Shown: positions 29,362 through 40,388 of the stretch, one piece after another
Numbering within the stretch: position 1 is the first letter of the stretch
Layout: every line of letters starts with the position of its first letter
From: Abditibacteriaceae bacterium
GTDB lineage: Bacteria > Armatimonadota > Abditibacteriia > Abditibacteriales > Abditibacteriaceae
DNA length: 64,000 bases
Direction: 5' to 3'
NCBI GenBank assembly: GCA_965277285.1
Contig: OZ255721.1
Span: forward strand, 992,001 to 1,056,000
The notes under the pieces: model-generated
What the model saw: only the letters and a program-made list of their open reading frames with translations
What the model was told of the DNA's origin: nothing
The model's database searches: none
Translations under genes and position numbers: made by a program

Positions 29362-30489
29362 TCAGTGCGATGCGCGCCAATCGGCGCTGTAGACAATAAC
29401 AAAGCCGGAAACGATGTCGCGCAAGTCTTTTTCGCTTGTCCCGATTTGCAATTTCGTCGTGTAAACGACGCGCGGATGACCATTTGGCAACGTATCATAC
29501 GGCAGCGTGTCGTGATAAGAAACGTTCAGAAAGCGTTTGCCGTCCGCCGCAAAGGCGAAAAACTGGCCTTCTGCCAAACGCGTCATGTGCCCGTCAATAA
29601 CGGACGCGCGAAAATAAACGTCTTCGTGACCGCTGCTGGTGCTTTCATCCGAAGCGAACAAAAACGCTTGCGAAGTATTCGGAATCGGTTCGACATAACT
29701 GCGCCAATCAGGAAGATCGCCGTCGCCATCTTTCTTCATCGCAAAGCGGCGTAAAACGCGTCCTGTCGGATCCATCAGCGACAAATTGTCGATTCCCGTG
29801 ACATCACCGTTTTTGTCGCGCGCTTTTTCCACAGCGGCAGCGAAAACGTTGGGAGAAATCCAGGCGAAGCTATTCGGCGCGTTCGTCGGCAGGTCTTGCG
29901 TTTGATTGCTGCGCAAATCGAGTACTCGAAAGTTCGTTTCAGCGCCGCTTAAAAGCAGTTTTCGGCTGTCCGGCGACCACGCATAATGATCGACATTGAG
30001 GATGCGTTGGGCTTTGCGCGTGCGAAGGTTCATCAGATATAAAGTTTCAGCATCTGTTTTTCCAACTGCCGCATAATGAATGAGACCGATGGTTCTTCCA
30101 TCGGGCGACCAGCGCAAGCTGTCCCAATAATTGGACGCGCTGATGTCCATCAATTTCGTGAGGTTGGTGCCGTCAGCGTTCGCCAGCAGCCACGTTTTGT
30201 CGTCGCGCAAAAACGTGATTTGTCGTCCGTTTGGCGACCATGTTGCCATCGTGTCGTCGTGCGCGCCGAAAGTGATCTGTCGCTTTCCCGAACCATCGGG
30301 ATTGATGCGGTAAAGGTGAAAGTGGCTGCTGCCGTTGCGCGTTCCAGGCTTCAGATAATAACGCGCGCTATAAAGAATGTCGCCGTTGCCCGCCGTTTTC
30401 GCAACGCGCGCCTGGCTTGCAGCGCACGTCAATAAAAGACTTGAGAGAACGAACGCCTGTTTTTTCCACGCTATTTTTGCTTTCCGCAT
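29362..30489 (-). CDS. Secreted TolB-like beta-propeller protein
   Basis: Signal peptide; WSPNG, WSPDG and WSPDS repeats. Confidence 0.8.
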   Translation of the reverse strand: MRKAKIAWKKQAFVLSSLLLTCAASQARVAKTAGNGDILYSARYYLKPGTRNGSSHFHLYRINPDGSGKRQITFGAHDDTMATWSPNGRQITFLRDDKTWLLANADGTNLTKLMDISASNYWDSLRWSPDGRTIGLIHYAAVGKTDAETLYLMNLRTRKAQRILNVDHYAWSPDSRKLLLSGAETNFRVLDLRSNQTQDLPTNAPNSFAWISPNVFAAAVEKARDKNGDVTGIDNLSLMDPTGRVLRRFAMKKDGDGDLPDWRSYVEPIPNTSQAFLFASDESTSSGHEDVYFRASVIDGHMTRLAEGQFFAFAADGKRFLNVSYHDTLPYDTLPNGHPRVVYTTKLQIGTSEKDLRDIVSGFVIVYSADWRASH

Positions 30490-30597
30490 TATATTGGCTC
30501 CTCACGTTTCTGGTGCGCTTCCATTGTGGGACATTTCGCGCGTTTCGGCAAATGTTGCGTAAGAACGCATATCGAGTACTCGAATGCGGCGATAGAT

Positions 30598-30690
30598 AGC
30601 GAACCCGAAGCGTCAGCGAGGGAGATTGAATCGAGTCCACAATAGTTGAAGTAGTTCATAAATCTCCCTCGCGGACGCTTCGGGTTCGCT
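30598..30690. repeat. REPIN-like pair, family A
   Basis: agcgaacccgaagcgtcagcgagggagatt ... aatctccctcgcggacgcttcgggttcgct. Confidence 0.85.
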
Positions 30691-30692
30691 GT

Positions 30693-31841
30693 TCAGATTC
30701 CGATCAGCTCGCGGACGGCTTCGACGACTTGCGGAGGTTCCAAGCGCGTTAGGCATTTGCGCTCGTCTTCGCCGCTCCATTTGCATTGCGAAAGAAGGCA
30801 CGGCGAGCATTCCACAGGATGGCGCACGATGCGATGCGGCACGCCGCGCGGCCCGGTTTTGCGCCAATCAGTCGGGCCAAATAGGCCGACAACGGGCGTT
30901 CCCATCGCTGCCGCCAAATGCAACACGCCGCTGTCGATGCCGACGAAAAGGCGCGCTTGTCCGCACAACGCTGCTAATGTCGGCAAATCGGTTTGTCCAC
31001 CCAAATCGACGACCGCATTTTGCAATTGCGACGTGACACCGAGCGTTGGTTCGGTGCCGACGAGAACAATCGGCAGATGCGGCGAGAGAGCATCGAGCGC
31101 GGTTTTCCAGTACTCGACAGGCCATTCTTTGATGACGCGCCGCGCGCTCGCTTCGCATGCCACCATCAAAAACGCGCCGCGCACGCCATTTTTCTCCAGC
31201 AAATCGCTCGCAGTTTTCTGAACAGTTGGCGACAGCGACAACAAATTGGTGTAATCGCGCTTGTGAATCGGGCAGCCCATCGCAGCGACGAGGTTCAAAT
31301 GCGTTTCGATGGTTGGTGGCACATCGCCCGCGACGCGATCCGTGAGCAAGTTTTCCAGGTGCGCCGATTCGTAACCTAATCGCGTCGCAGCGCCGCTTGT
31401 CCAGCACAGCATTGATGTATTGCGCGATTGCGAAAAGGCGACGCAAACATCGGCGTGCAGCGAGCGCAGGCGACGCATCAGCGAAGTCTGGCGCGACAAA
31501 CCGCCGCGCGGACGCAGCAAAATCTCATCGACAAAGGGCGAATCGCGCAGCAACGGTGCCAAGCCAGGACGCACTACGGAAGTGATTTTCGCACCGGGAA
31601 AACCTTCGCGCAGCGCGTGCAAAGCGGGCAAAGTAAACAGCAAATCGCCCAGGCCGTTCATGTGAAAAGTGACAATGCGCGTGACGGGAACCGACAAAAT
31701 GACCGGCGAGGCCAGCGCCGCCGGTTTACGCGCCGCGACAACGTTCGTGACGGCATTCGCCTTGGTCACAGTGCTTGCTGGCGGCGCGCTTGTCATCGGC
31801 GCAGAGTTCGAGAAGTTGGTGGACAAAGGCGGCGCTTTCAT
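30693..31841 (-). CDS. Glycosyltransferase family 9 (heptosyltransferase)
   Basis: GLGDLL, KEWP, GIDSGVLHLAAAMGTPVVGLFGPT; start uncertain. Confidence 0.88.
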   Translation of the reverse strand: MKAPPLSTNFSNSAPMTSAPPASTVTKANAVTNVVAARKPAALASPVILSVPVTRIVTFHMNGLGDLLFTLPALHALREGFPGAKITSVVRPGLAPLLRDSPFVDEILLRPRGGLSRQTSLMRRLRSLHADVCVAFSQSRNTSMLCWTSGAATRLGYESAHLENLLTDRVAGDVPPTIETHLNLVAAMGCPIHKRDYTNLLSLSPTVQKTASDLLEKNGVRGAFLMVACEASARRVIKEWPVEYWKTALDALSPHLPIVLVGTEPTLGVTSQLQNAVVDLGGQTDLPTLAALCGQARLFVGIDSGVLHLAAAMGTPVVGLFGPTDWRKTGPRGVPHRIVRHPVECSPCLLSQCKWSGEDERKCLTRLEPPQVVEAVRELIGI

Positions 31842-32628
31842 GCAGGAAAAGCCAGTTCGTAAAATGTCATGCGTGTCTGATGGTTCGCGGTACGAAACAA
31901 AATCTGCAGCCACAAATTGAGTCAGCGAATAATTTCATTCCAAGAAAACGCTTTTGTGACGATATTCCGCGAACCTCAAGTGTTGACTTTAAGTGTGCGG
32001 GACGAGCCAAGCGAGCGCAGTTTACGATATTTTAGAAAATCTCCGAAGCAATTCACACTAATTCCCATAGAACGCCAAGCATCAGCACAGGGCTTTAGAC
32101 TTTGAAGCAAAGGCAACTTGCTGATGCAAAGTCTCAAGACCAAAATACCTTTAGCCTCGTTACACCCGGGCACACAAGCCAAGCGGTCACCGTGGACTTC
32201 TTCACTGGCGCCAGAAAGAACTTAAAGAATTGGGTAAGCGGCTGCGCTTTGGCTTTCAAGCCCAACACCAGTTTGCGCGCGAAACGACCCACGCTAACGT
32301 TCGGGTGGAACAACGCTTCTGTTCAGAACAAAGCCGTTTCGAGCGTTTAGATCGTGCTTTTGAACGCGGCATTTCGGCGGGACTCAAATCAACAAAATCT
32401 TCGAGAAGTCGCAGCGCAACGGCAAAACGCCACACCAAAATCGTCATTGACGGCACGCACCTGATGAGCATAAAATTTTTTCCTCCAAGACCGAAGTTGC
32501 ACCGCATTACGACACGTTCAAGTCACATTTCCAATGATTCCAGTGAAATTATTTCCGGTCGTTTTTCGATGAGGTAACTTTGTGCGGAGTTTCCGTTTTG
32601 GTTGGCCGGACGGGTTAAAATACGTGCC

Positions 32629-33243
32629 ATGAATTGGGTTTATTTCGACGTGGAAACTGAGCGTTCGGCGGAAGAAGTCGGTGGCTGGCGCAACATCGAG
32701 CAGTTGGGCGTGGCAGTCGCCGTGACTTGCGCCACGCACGATGACGCGAATGGCGAAGCGGTCTTCAAAACGTTTCGGCGCGAGCAAATCGGAGAACTTT
32801 TGAAGGAATTACAAAGTGCTGATTGCGTGGTTGGTTTCAACACGCGCGGCTTTGATTTTCGCGTTTTGCAACCGTTCGCCAATTTCGATTTGCGCGCTTT
32901 GCCCAACTTGGATTTGATGCTCGACTTGAAAGCCGTCGCCGGTTTTCGCCCCGGTCTGGGCAATTGTTGCGCGGCGACTTTCGGCGAATATAAGAGCAGC
33001 AACGGTTTGGAAAGTTTGCAATGGTGGCGCGAAGGTCGTCAGCAGGAAGTGATCGATTATTGCCAGCACGACGTTTTGCTGACGCGCCGCTTGCACGAGT
33101 TTGGCGCACAAAATGGCCACGTCAAATGCAAAGACAAAAGCGGCAGAATCCGTGTTTTACCAATCAATTGGACGTTGGACAATTTGCCGCCGCACGCGCT
33201 TTCCAACGGCGTCACGCCGTCCGCGCAAGGCTCGTTGTTTTAA
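32629..33243 (+). CDS. RNase H-like (DEDD, YprB-like) exonuclease domain protein
   Basis: YFDVET, VVGFNTRGFDF, DYCQHDV. Confidence 0.8.
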   Translation: MNWVYFDVETERSAEEVGGWRNIEQLGVAVAVTCATHDDANGEAVFKTFRREQIGELLKELQSADCVVGFNTRGFDFRVLQPFANFDLRALPNLDLMLDLKAVAGFRPGLGNCCAATFGEYKSSNGLESLQWWREGRQQEVIDYCQHDVLLTRRLHEFGAQNGHVKCKDKSGRIRVLPINWTLDNLPPHALSNGVTPSAQGSLF

Positions 33244-33875
33244 GTTTCCGCCTGATTCGAGTACTCGATTGGCGCCATAGAACGCATCGCCAGCAGCGCG
33301 AGGTTGATGACGCCCAGCAAAACGATAACAGTTGTCAGGCCGCCGTAAATGCCATGCAGTTTGCGGAACTCAGCGCGATCTTGCGGCGAAGCGTAATGTC
33401 CGGCTTGAATTGTCATTTTCGTCGGGTTGATGCTGGAGGTTCCATCGGAGGCTGCGACGTTTTCGCTTGCTAAAACGGTTTGTTGCAACGGCGGCTGCAA
33501 AGCGCGAATGCGCGGCTCGGCGACCAGCGCGAGATAAGCGGCAAAAAGCAACATTATAATGCTGCAGAAACCCTGCGCGCGCAAAGAACGCCGCAAAGCA
33601 ACACTTCGAGTACTCGATTTCACCAACGCGTTCTCCCACAGCCACGCCGCAAATAAAACAATGGCGCAGACTAAAGAAACTGGCCCCAACGTTTCCAATA
33701 TCGCGCCGATGATGCGCGGCCCCAGCACGCGATTGATTTTGAAAATCGCGGGCGCCGCAATTCCAATCAGCGTTAAACCGCCGATCCAGATTGTCAGCGA
33801 AAGCAAAGCGAAAAAGCGCGCCAGACCGAGGGCGCGAGAAGAAGAACGAGAAATCACAGCGTCAGTTTGACACAA
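33240..33875 (-). CDS. DUF4149-like membrane protein
   Basis: IWIGG..IAAPAIF, F.KLHG, four TM helices. Confidence 0.7.
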   Translation of the reverse strand: MCQTDAVISRSSSRALGLARFFALLSLTIWIGGLTLIGIAAPAIFKINRVLGPRIIGAILETLGPVSLVCAIVLFAAWLWENALVKSSTRSVALRRSLRAQGFCSIIMLLFAAYLALVAEPRIRALQPPLQQTVLASENVAASDGTSSINPTKMTIQAGHYASPQDRAEFRKLHGIYGGLTTVIVLLGVINLALLAMRSMAPIEYSNQAET

Positions 33876-33954
33876 TGAAGAGCGACTGATTTGAAGCTAC
33901 GAACGATAACGACGTCGTAAAAAGTCGAATTGTGATGATGCTTATTGTCCGCAG

Positions 33955-34620
33955 TCATGGATGGTGTCTGTCGGTACTTCGGAAGACAAAGCGGTTGCTG
34001 CCATCAGGATCGAGAATAATTTGTTGTCCCGCTGGATGCACGATTACAACTTCCAGCAAACCATAAGGATCAGGCTCAGGAGCGAGGTCGCCCCACACGC
34101 CGTAGCGCCACGCGATTCCCTTTTGTAGGGCATCATCATAAACCATGAAGTGCTTGGTTCCCGGATAACCGCCCGGATCGCGGCTGCCGCGCTGGTCATC
34201 CGTGGAGCGAAACGGCTTGAACTGCTTTGACCACGCGACGCTGCTGTTACGCGTTGATAAACGGCTAAAAGTCGCAAAGCGCGGCGAATTGATCTCGATC
34301 TGACTGACGCGATTGTGGCGAAAGTCAACCGTCAGGAAATTCCATTTCCAATAGATTCCCTGTTCCCAATCGGCGCGCGAAGTTTTTCGACGGCTCAACC
34401 AAGTTTCCTGAAGCACGCCATTGCCCAAACGACGCACGCGATCTGGAAAACGCAAACTCTTATGAAGAATTTGGCGGCTCATCCCCAAAGTAACCGCGCC
34501 GATACGTTGTCCGGGAACAATGCGAAAATCGTTCGCCTGAGCGGAAGCCGTGAGCGCCATCCACAAGCCAAAGCAGAAAAGGCATGTGGTGTATCGAGGT
34601 GACGTTTTTCTTCTCTGCAT
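33955..34620 (-). CDS. Secreted hypothetical protein
   Basis: Signal peptide ending AQA; IVPGQRIGAVTLGMS. Confidence 0.65.
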   Translation of the reverse strand: MQRRKTSPRYTTCLFCFGLWMALTASAQANDFRIVPGQRIGAVTLGMSRQILHKSLRFPDRVRRLGNGVLQETWLSRRKTSRADWEQGIYWKWNFLTVDFRHNRVSQIEINSPRFATFSRLSTRNSSVAWSKQFKPFRSTDDQRGSRDPGGYPGTKHFMVYDDALQKGIAWRYGVWGDLAPEPDPYGLLEVVIVHPAGQQIILDPDGSNRFVFRSTDRHHP

Positions 34621-34712
34621 CGCCTTGTTAGCACCTCAAGCCATTTCCCAATTTCGATTGCCAAAGTAGATTTATCGAGTACTCGATACACGCTTTGAGT
34701 ATTGGCGCTCAA

Positions 34713-37202
34713 TTACGATGCAGCCAATTTCTTATTTTTGCGCCAGTTGAGCGTTGTTTTCCAAACGCCGCAGTCAATAAAAATCTGCACCAGCGCGGGT
34801 TCAAGATGTCCGGCGTCCGCTTCGGCGCGCAGAATTTGAATCGCGTCTTCGCTGCTGCGGGCGCGTTGATAAGGGCGGTCGTTGGAAGTCAGCGCGTCGT
34901 AAGTGTCGCAAACGGCGATAATGCGCGATTGCAGCGGGATTTCCGCACTTTTCAAGCCGCGCGGATAACCGCTGCCGTCACAACGTTCGTGGTGGCAATA
35001 AGCGATTTGCGGAATGAGGGCGAAATCGCGCGTCCACGGAATCTTCTTCAAAAACTCGAAGCTGTGCGTGACATGGCGCTCGACGTCGCGGCGTTCCTGC
35101 GCGCTCAAACTGCCTTCGCGCACCGAAAGACAACGCAATTCGTGATCGGTGAGCAGCGGCAAAGCGCGTCGCTTGCGATCCCAGAAGAATGTCTGGCACA
35201 AGCGCCCCAGAATGCCACGATACGCTTTGAATTCGTCGTCTAACCAGTGGGAAAGCGGATTGTTGACGCGCATCACAGTGCTCAGCGCTTCGTCCAATTC
35301 TTTGGTTTCACGTTGCGCGACCTTGTCCCATTCGACAAAACGTGCGAAAGAACGCTCGATGTCGCTGTCGTTTTCCCCTGCAATCAACGTTTCATATTTG
35401 CGTTGCAGCAAGTCGCGCTCGCGCAGCGCACGCACCAGATCGAAGCGCATCCGCAACACTTCCAGTTCCTGAGGATGCAGTTTGTTGCACTTGAGCAAAA
35501 CATCTTCATGCACGATGATTTTGCCGAAATCGTGCAACAACGCCGCGTAATGCAGTTCCTTAAATTGCGCCGCCGAAAAAACGACTTCGCCCAGAAGCGG
35601 CGTTTTGGCTTCGCTGACCGAGCGCGCCAATTCCGTACTCAGTATCGCCACGCGTTCGGAATGCCCACTGGTCACCGGATCACGTTGCTCGATGGTGCGC
35701 GCCGTGGCGGTCACAAAACCGTCGAACAAGTCTTCAACGCTGCCGTGCAAACTGGAATTCTCCATCGCCACTGCGACCTGGCGCGCCAGAGAAACCGCGA
35801 GTTCCACCGCATCGCCATTGAACGGCAACACGTCGCCAGAAAGGTTCGTCTTGGCCGATAACGTCGTCTTCATCGAACGGTTCGTTTTCGTCGAATGCAG
35901 TGTTGCGGGTTCCACCGTGCGCTTGCAGTTGAGCAATTGCAGAACGCCGAAAATTTCGCCATCGTGCGTTCTCAAAGGCACTGCCATCAAACTCATGGTC
36001 TGATAATTGTTGCTCTGGTCGAAAGCAGCATCGAATACAAAGGGCGCATTTTGCGGCAAATGATAAGCATCGGCGACGCAAACCGTTTCGCCCGTGCGCG
36101 CCACATAAGCGATGAGCGACGATCCGCCCAGCGGGAAAAGGTGGTCGCATTTCAGTTCGTCTTGCGAAGAGCGCCAATCGCCTTGCGCCATTTCAAAGCA
36201 CAGACAACTTTCGCCCTGCGCGTCGCTTTGCAGCAAATAAAACGCGGAGACATCGGCGCCTGTGATGGAACGGCTGTGCGTCAGAATGATTTGCAGCAAT
36301 GCGCGACGGTCGCGTTCGCCAGAAAACTCATCGCTCGCCGCGTTGAGTTGATGCAAATGCGCCGATTGCAATTGGCGCTCGCGCTCGAGTAGTGCGACCT
36401 GACGTTGCAACGCGCTGTGCCGCAATCCGCTGCGCGCAAGATGAAAAAGAGCTTCGCTTCCAATCGTCTCGTTGTGACAAAGGCGCGCGAAAAGCTCCGG
36501 CATTGAAGCCTCGCCCGTTGTCGAAGCCTCGTCCTTTACGGAAGATTCGTCGGTGGCGCTGCTTTCGCCAAGCAAAATCAACGCAGCGCCATCGTAAAAA
36601 CGGCTCCAAAGACTTTGCGCCAGGCTTGTCTCGTCGAGCAGCAACACGCAATCGCATTGCCCGATATTTGTCGTTCGCGCTTCAACGAACGACAGACAGC
36701 GCACGCCCGTATTTTCCAATTGAGCACGCAATGTCAACGAAGGTTTCGACGAGAAAGGCTGCTCTAAAATTGTGCGCAGCGAAGACGCGTAAATTAAAAC
36801 CATGCCTGCGGAAGATAAAGTTGGTGAAATATCCTCGTGCATCACGTTCGAGTTCCCGTTTCTCGCCACGTTCGAGTACTCGATTGGCGGGGACGATTTT
36901 CTATCGCCATCGGCGCAAAGTCGCGCGCCTGCGGTGCCATTGCACGGCGCCAGGTTGCGGTGCAGTGTGCGGTGCAGCGCAGGTTTTATTTTCTGCGCCG
37001 CTTCATTTTCCCCAGTCGCACTTCGGCTGACCTCGTTTTCGCCGCCGAGGTTTCTGCACATCCTATTTTCTTTCACATCTTTGTTGTGGTCGTAAGAAAG
37101 CGAGGATACGTCTTCAAGCGCTGTTCTCATGCTGGCCTCGACTGCGCGCAATCGAAAATTGTTCCTGCGCGGTTTGGAACTTCGTTCCTTTTCTTTTTCC
37201 AT
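34713..37202 (-). CDS. GAF plus HD-GYP c-di-GMP phosphodiesterase (start uncertain, possibly near 36842)
   Basis: GAF domain; TSGHSERV, LHDFGK, HHERCDGSGYP, DTYDALTSNDRPY. Confidence 0.85.
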   Translation of the reverse strand: MEKEKERSSKPRRNNFRLRAVEASMRTALEDVSSLSYDHNKDVKENRMCRNLGGENEVSRSATGENEAAQKIKPALHRTLHRNLAPCNGTAGARLCADGDRKSSPPIEYSNVARNGNSNVMHEDISPTLSSAGMVLIYASSLRTILEQPFSSKPSLTLRAQLENTGVRCLSFVEARTTNIGQCDCVLLLDETSLAQSLWSRFYDGAALILLGESSATDESSVKDEASTTGEASMPELFARLCHNETIGSEALFHLARSGLRHSALQRQVALLERERQLQSAHLHQLNAASDEFSGERDRRALLQIILTHSRSITGADVSAFYLLQSDAQGESCLCFEMAQGDWRSSQDELKCDHLFPLGGSSLIAYVARTGETVCVADAYHLPQNAPFVFDAAFDQSNNYQTMSLMAVPLRTHDGEIFGVLQLLNCKRTVEPATLHSTKTNRSMKTTLSAKTNLSGDVLPFNGDAVELAVSLARQVAVAMENSSLHGSVEDLFDGFVTATARTIEQRDPVTSGHSERVAILSTELARSVSEAKTPLLGEVVFSAAQFKELHYAALLHDFGKIIVHEDVLLKCNKLHPQELEVLRMRFDLVRALRERDLLQRKYETLIAGENDSDIERSFARFVEWDKVAQRETKELDEALSTVMRVNNPLSHWLDDEFKAYRGILGRLCQTFFWDRKRRALPLLTDHELRCLSVREGSLSAQERRDVERHVTHSFEFLKKIPWTRDFALIPQIAYCHHERCDGSGYPRGLKSAEIPLQSRIIAVCDTYDALTSNDRPYQRARSSEDAIQILRAEADAGHLEPALVQIFIDCGVWKTTLNWRKNKKLAAS

Positions 37203-37241
37203 AGACCACCAAAGATTTACCAGGAAGATACCGCAGCACGA

Positions 37242-38177
37242 TTAAGCGTTTTTTAACGCTTCGCGGAAATACTCCAGCGTCGTCGAAAGTCCTTCTTGCA
37301 GTTCGATTTTGGGTTCCCAGCCCAAAACTTCGCGCGCCTTGGAAATATCGGGGCGACGCTGTTTCGGGTCGTCTTGCGGCAAAGGCCGATATTCGATGGT
37401 CGATTTGGTGCCCGTCATTTCCAGCACTTTGTGCGCGAAATCAAGAACCGTAAATTCCGTCGGATTGCCGACGTTGGTCGGCAGGTTTTCCTTCGACATC
37501 ATCAGGCGATAAATGCCATCGACCAAATCCGAGACATAGCAGAACGAGCGCGTCTGGCTGCCGTCGCCGTAAATCGTCAAAGGTTCGCCCAAAATCGCCT
37601 GCTTCATGAAGTTGGGCACGATGCGACCGTCGTTCAAGCGCATGCGCGGCCCATACGTGTTGAAGATGCGCACGATTTTGGTGTCGATCTGGTGCATACG
37701 GTGATACGCCATCACAATCGCTTCGGCGAAACGCTTGGCTTCGTCGTAGCAGCCGCGCGGCCCAATCGTGTTGACGTTGCCCCAATAATCTTCGCGCTGC
37801 GGATGCTGATGCGGATCGCCATAAATCTCGCTCGTCGAGGCCAACAGCAAGCCGGCGCCTTTGGCACGCGCCAAACCCAAAGCGTTGTGCGTTCCCAGAG
37901 CGCCGACTTTGAGTGTTTGAATCGGCAGTTCCAGGTAGTCGACGGGACTGGCGGGGCTGGCGAAGTGCAGAATGAAATCGACCGCGCCATCAACGTAAAC
38001 GCCGTCGCTGATGTTTTGATTCGAGTACTCGAACTTGGGCGTTTTGATGTGCGCGATATTCGCTTCGCTGCCTGTGACGAGGTTATCGACCGCGACAACT
38101 TCGTGGCCTTCGGCCAGGCAACGATCACACAAATGAGAGCCGACGAAACCGGCTCCGCCTGTGACTACAATACGCAT
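37242..38177 (-). CDS. UDP-glucuronate decarboxylase family NAD-dependent epimerase/dehydratase
   Basis: [36 protein letters not shown]. Confidence 0.92.
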   Translation of the reverse strand: MRIVVTGGAGFVGSHLCDRCLAEGHEVVAVDNLVTGSEANIAHIKTPKFEYSNQNISDGVYVDGAVDFILHFASPASPVDYLELPIQTLKVGALGTHNALGLARAKGAGLLLASTSEIYGDPHQHPQREDYWGNVNTIGPRGCYDEAKRFAEAIVMAYHRMHQIDTKIVRIFNTYGPRMRLNDGRIVPNFMKQAILGEPLTIYGDGSQTRSFCYVSDLVDGIYRLMMSKENLPTNVGNPTEFTVLDFAHKVLEMTGTKSTIEYRPLPQDDPKQRRPDISKAREVLGWEPKIELQEGLSTTLEYFREALKNA

Positions 38178-38209
38178 AAAAAGGACTCCACAATGTCAAA
38201 ATTTGAGCT

Positions 38210-38882
38210 TCAATGAGCTTCAAGAGGAACGCGATGTCTCAAAGCGCCGCGTCTTATTATGGCAGAACGCTTGAGCATGTTGTCAGCTAAGGTAAGACTA
38301 AGAGTCGCCGACGCGACCCATATGAGGCAAATCGTTTGCGATGTGACGCCGCGCAACAAACACGCCCACAAAATCGGCCAATGCAGCAGATACAAAGGAT
38401 AACTACAATCGCCCAGGAAATTGAGGACTATTCCAAAGCGCGGCGACAAGCTGAATTGGTGCGAATTGATCAGCAACAACGCCGTTGCGCCAACTGTTAC
38501 GAAACCCAAATATCCAGGCGATTCGGTGTAAGCTGACACGCACAAAACCGGCAAGACAACGAGCACGATGCGAAACGCCCGCTGTGAGTTTGATGGTAAA
38601 AATCAAAACGATGGACAGGAGGAGTGAGGCGACGTAAATCGGATAAATACGCCAAAAACGACGCGCGAAATAGCCGCGCCCATCGCGCAGAATCGAAAGA
38701 TGAATCGAATAGCCGCTGATGAGAAAAAACGCGATAACCGCTGAAAACGCGTTGAACTGCTCGGCGAAATTTGAAATCAGGCCACGCGCAACAATCGACA
38801 AGTGACACAACAAAACGATGACACTCAAGACAAAACGCGCGCCCGCCAAAACCGCCCAATGCGTCCGATTTTCGTCTTTCAA
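38210..38882 (-). pseudogene. Acyltransferase-3 (OafA-like) remnant, internally deleted and frameshifted
   Basis: AVIAFFLISGY..YFARRFWRIYP in one frame and FLGDCSYPLYLLHWP in another; total only about 670 nt. Confidence 0.65.
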
Positions 38883-39001
38883 CGAAGGCTCCCCAAGCCG
38901 CGCTTGCAGCGATCTGTAGTTTTCAAATCGAGTACTCGATCTTTGCGCTTGTCGCTAAAACTTTGCAGCTAAACACGTTTGCGCCACACTAAGTTTGCTT
39001 T

Positions 39002-39913
39002 ATGAATGCAAAATTTCTCTTCACCAAAATGCACGGCACGGGCAACGATTTCGTCGTGTTGAACGATTTTCGCCAAACTCTGCCCAACAATTTCGATTTC
39101 GCATCATTCGCTCAGCAATCGTGCGCGCGCAATTTCGGCATCGGCGCCGACGGCTTACTCCTCTTGACCAAACCAGATACGAACGCGCAAAAACACGGCG
39201 CGCAAATCCGCATGAGAATGTGGAATCCCGACGGTAGCGAAGATATGTGCGGCAACGGTCTGCGCTGCATCGCACAATTGGCGCACCGAAGTGGCGCCGT
39301 TTCAACTTCGCAATTTACGGCGCAAACTTTGGCCGGCTTGCGCGATTGCGAAGTATTGGAAGACGGCAACGTGCGCGTCGCAATGGGACAACCTTCGTTC
39401 GATTTCGCCACCATTCCTTTTGCGCCATCGGCACACCTCAAAAGTTCCATCGAGTACTCGATAGCGGTTGGCGAAGAAATTTTGCCGCACGTTTCAACAC
39501 TTTCTACGGGCAGCACGCACACAATTATCTTTGTCTATGAATTGCCAAACGACGAAATGTTTCTGCGATTGAGTCCGCAAATTGAAAATCACGCGTGGTT
39601 TCCCCAGCGCACGTCAATTATGTGGGCGCAGGTTCTCGACCGCGAAAACATTCGCCTGCGCATCTGGGAACGTGGCGTGGCCGACGAAAAAAGCGGCGCG
39701 ACCGGCGAAACTCTGGCGTGCGGAACCGGCGCCTGCGCGACTGCCGTTGCCGCGCAAATGACCCATCGTTGCGGCGAAACTGTGCGCATCCATTCGCGCG
39801 GTGGCGAGTTAAAAATCAGTTGGCGCGAAGGTGGAGAAATCCACATGACAGGCGCGGCGAAAGTTGTTTACGAAGGAAATTGGATCAGCGAAAAATGGAA
39901 TGCAGCACGGTGA
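39002..39913 (+). CDS. dapF: Diaminopimelate epimerase
   Basis: KMHGTGNDF, GIGADG, MCGNGLRC, WERG..ETLACGTGACA. Confidence 0.95.
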   Translation: MNAKFLFTKMHGTGNDFVVLNDFRQTLPNNFDFASFAQQSCARNFGIGADGLLLLTKPDTNAQKHGAQIRMRMWNPDGSEDMCGNGLRCIAQLAHRSGAVSTSQFTAQTLAGLRDCEVLEDGNVRVAMGQPSFDFATIPFAPSAHLKSSIEYSIAVGEEILPHVSTLSTGSTHTIIFVYELPNDEMFLRLSPQIENHAWFPQRTSIMWAQVLDRENIRLRIWERGVADEKSGATGETLACGTGACATAVAAQMTHRCGETVRIHSRGGELKISWREGGEIHMTGAAKVVYEGNWISEKWNAAR

Positions 39914-40313
39914 CAAAACCGATTAAGATAAGAGCACCGATGCAAAAGAGAAACAGACCGCAACCGACAAAGCCCAAGGTATTTCGTATTTTTTCTTTGA
40001 AGGTTCTTTCACGCGGAACATACTCAACTTTTTTCAAATTTTCATTGCGCTCAAAGCTCTCGATTATCACATCAGAAGAAGGAGCACAAAGGTTATCGTC
40101 GAGAATAACACCAACTTCGAGCGAATCGCGTATTTGAGGTTCAATAGCAGCCAGCATGAAAAATCGCGCCATGCGCAGAAACCCGCCGCGAGTTCCGACA
40201 ACGCGATGAGCGTTGGACTCGGCGGATACAGGAACAAACTTAACACCTATACTCGATTTCGAGGCTTCGGCACGCAACGCTTCAGTAACCTTATCAATTT
40301 CTTCATCCGTCAT
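39885..40313 (-). CDS. Hypothetical protein with C-terminal TM helix
   Basis: GAGG RBS; AT-rich ORF. Confidence 0.55.
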   Translation of the reverse strand: MTDEEIDKVTEALRAEASKSSIGVKFVPVSAESNAHRVVGTRGGFLRMARFFMLAAIEPQIRDSLEVGVILDDNLCAPSSDVIIESFERNENLKKVEYVPRERTFKEKIRNTLGFVGCGLFLFCIGALILIGFVTVLHSIFR

Positions 40314-40331
40314 ACATTCACCTCAATACTC

Positions 40332-40368
40332 AAAAGCAGCGCACAGAAACCTTCTGTGCGCTGCTTTT
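40332..40368. terminator. Intrinsic terminator of the S1-domain gene
   Basis: aaaagcagcgcacagaa-acc-ttctgtgcgctgctttt. Confidence 0.75.
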
Positions 40369-40388
40369 ATAAGAATCGAGTACTCGAT

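Noticed and set aside
1051..37296. Long alternative-frame or antisense ORFs (for example 1051-1893, 2441-3496, 6961-8109, 11779-12624 and the ORF starting at 37296)
   Set aside because: They overlap well-supported genes and have no recognisable motifs
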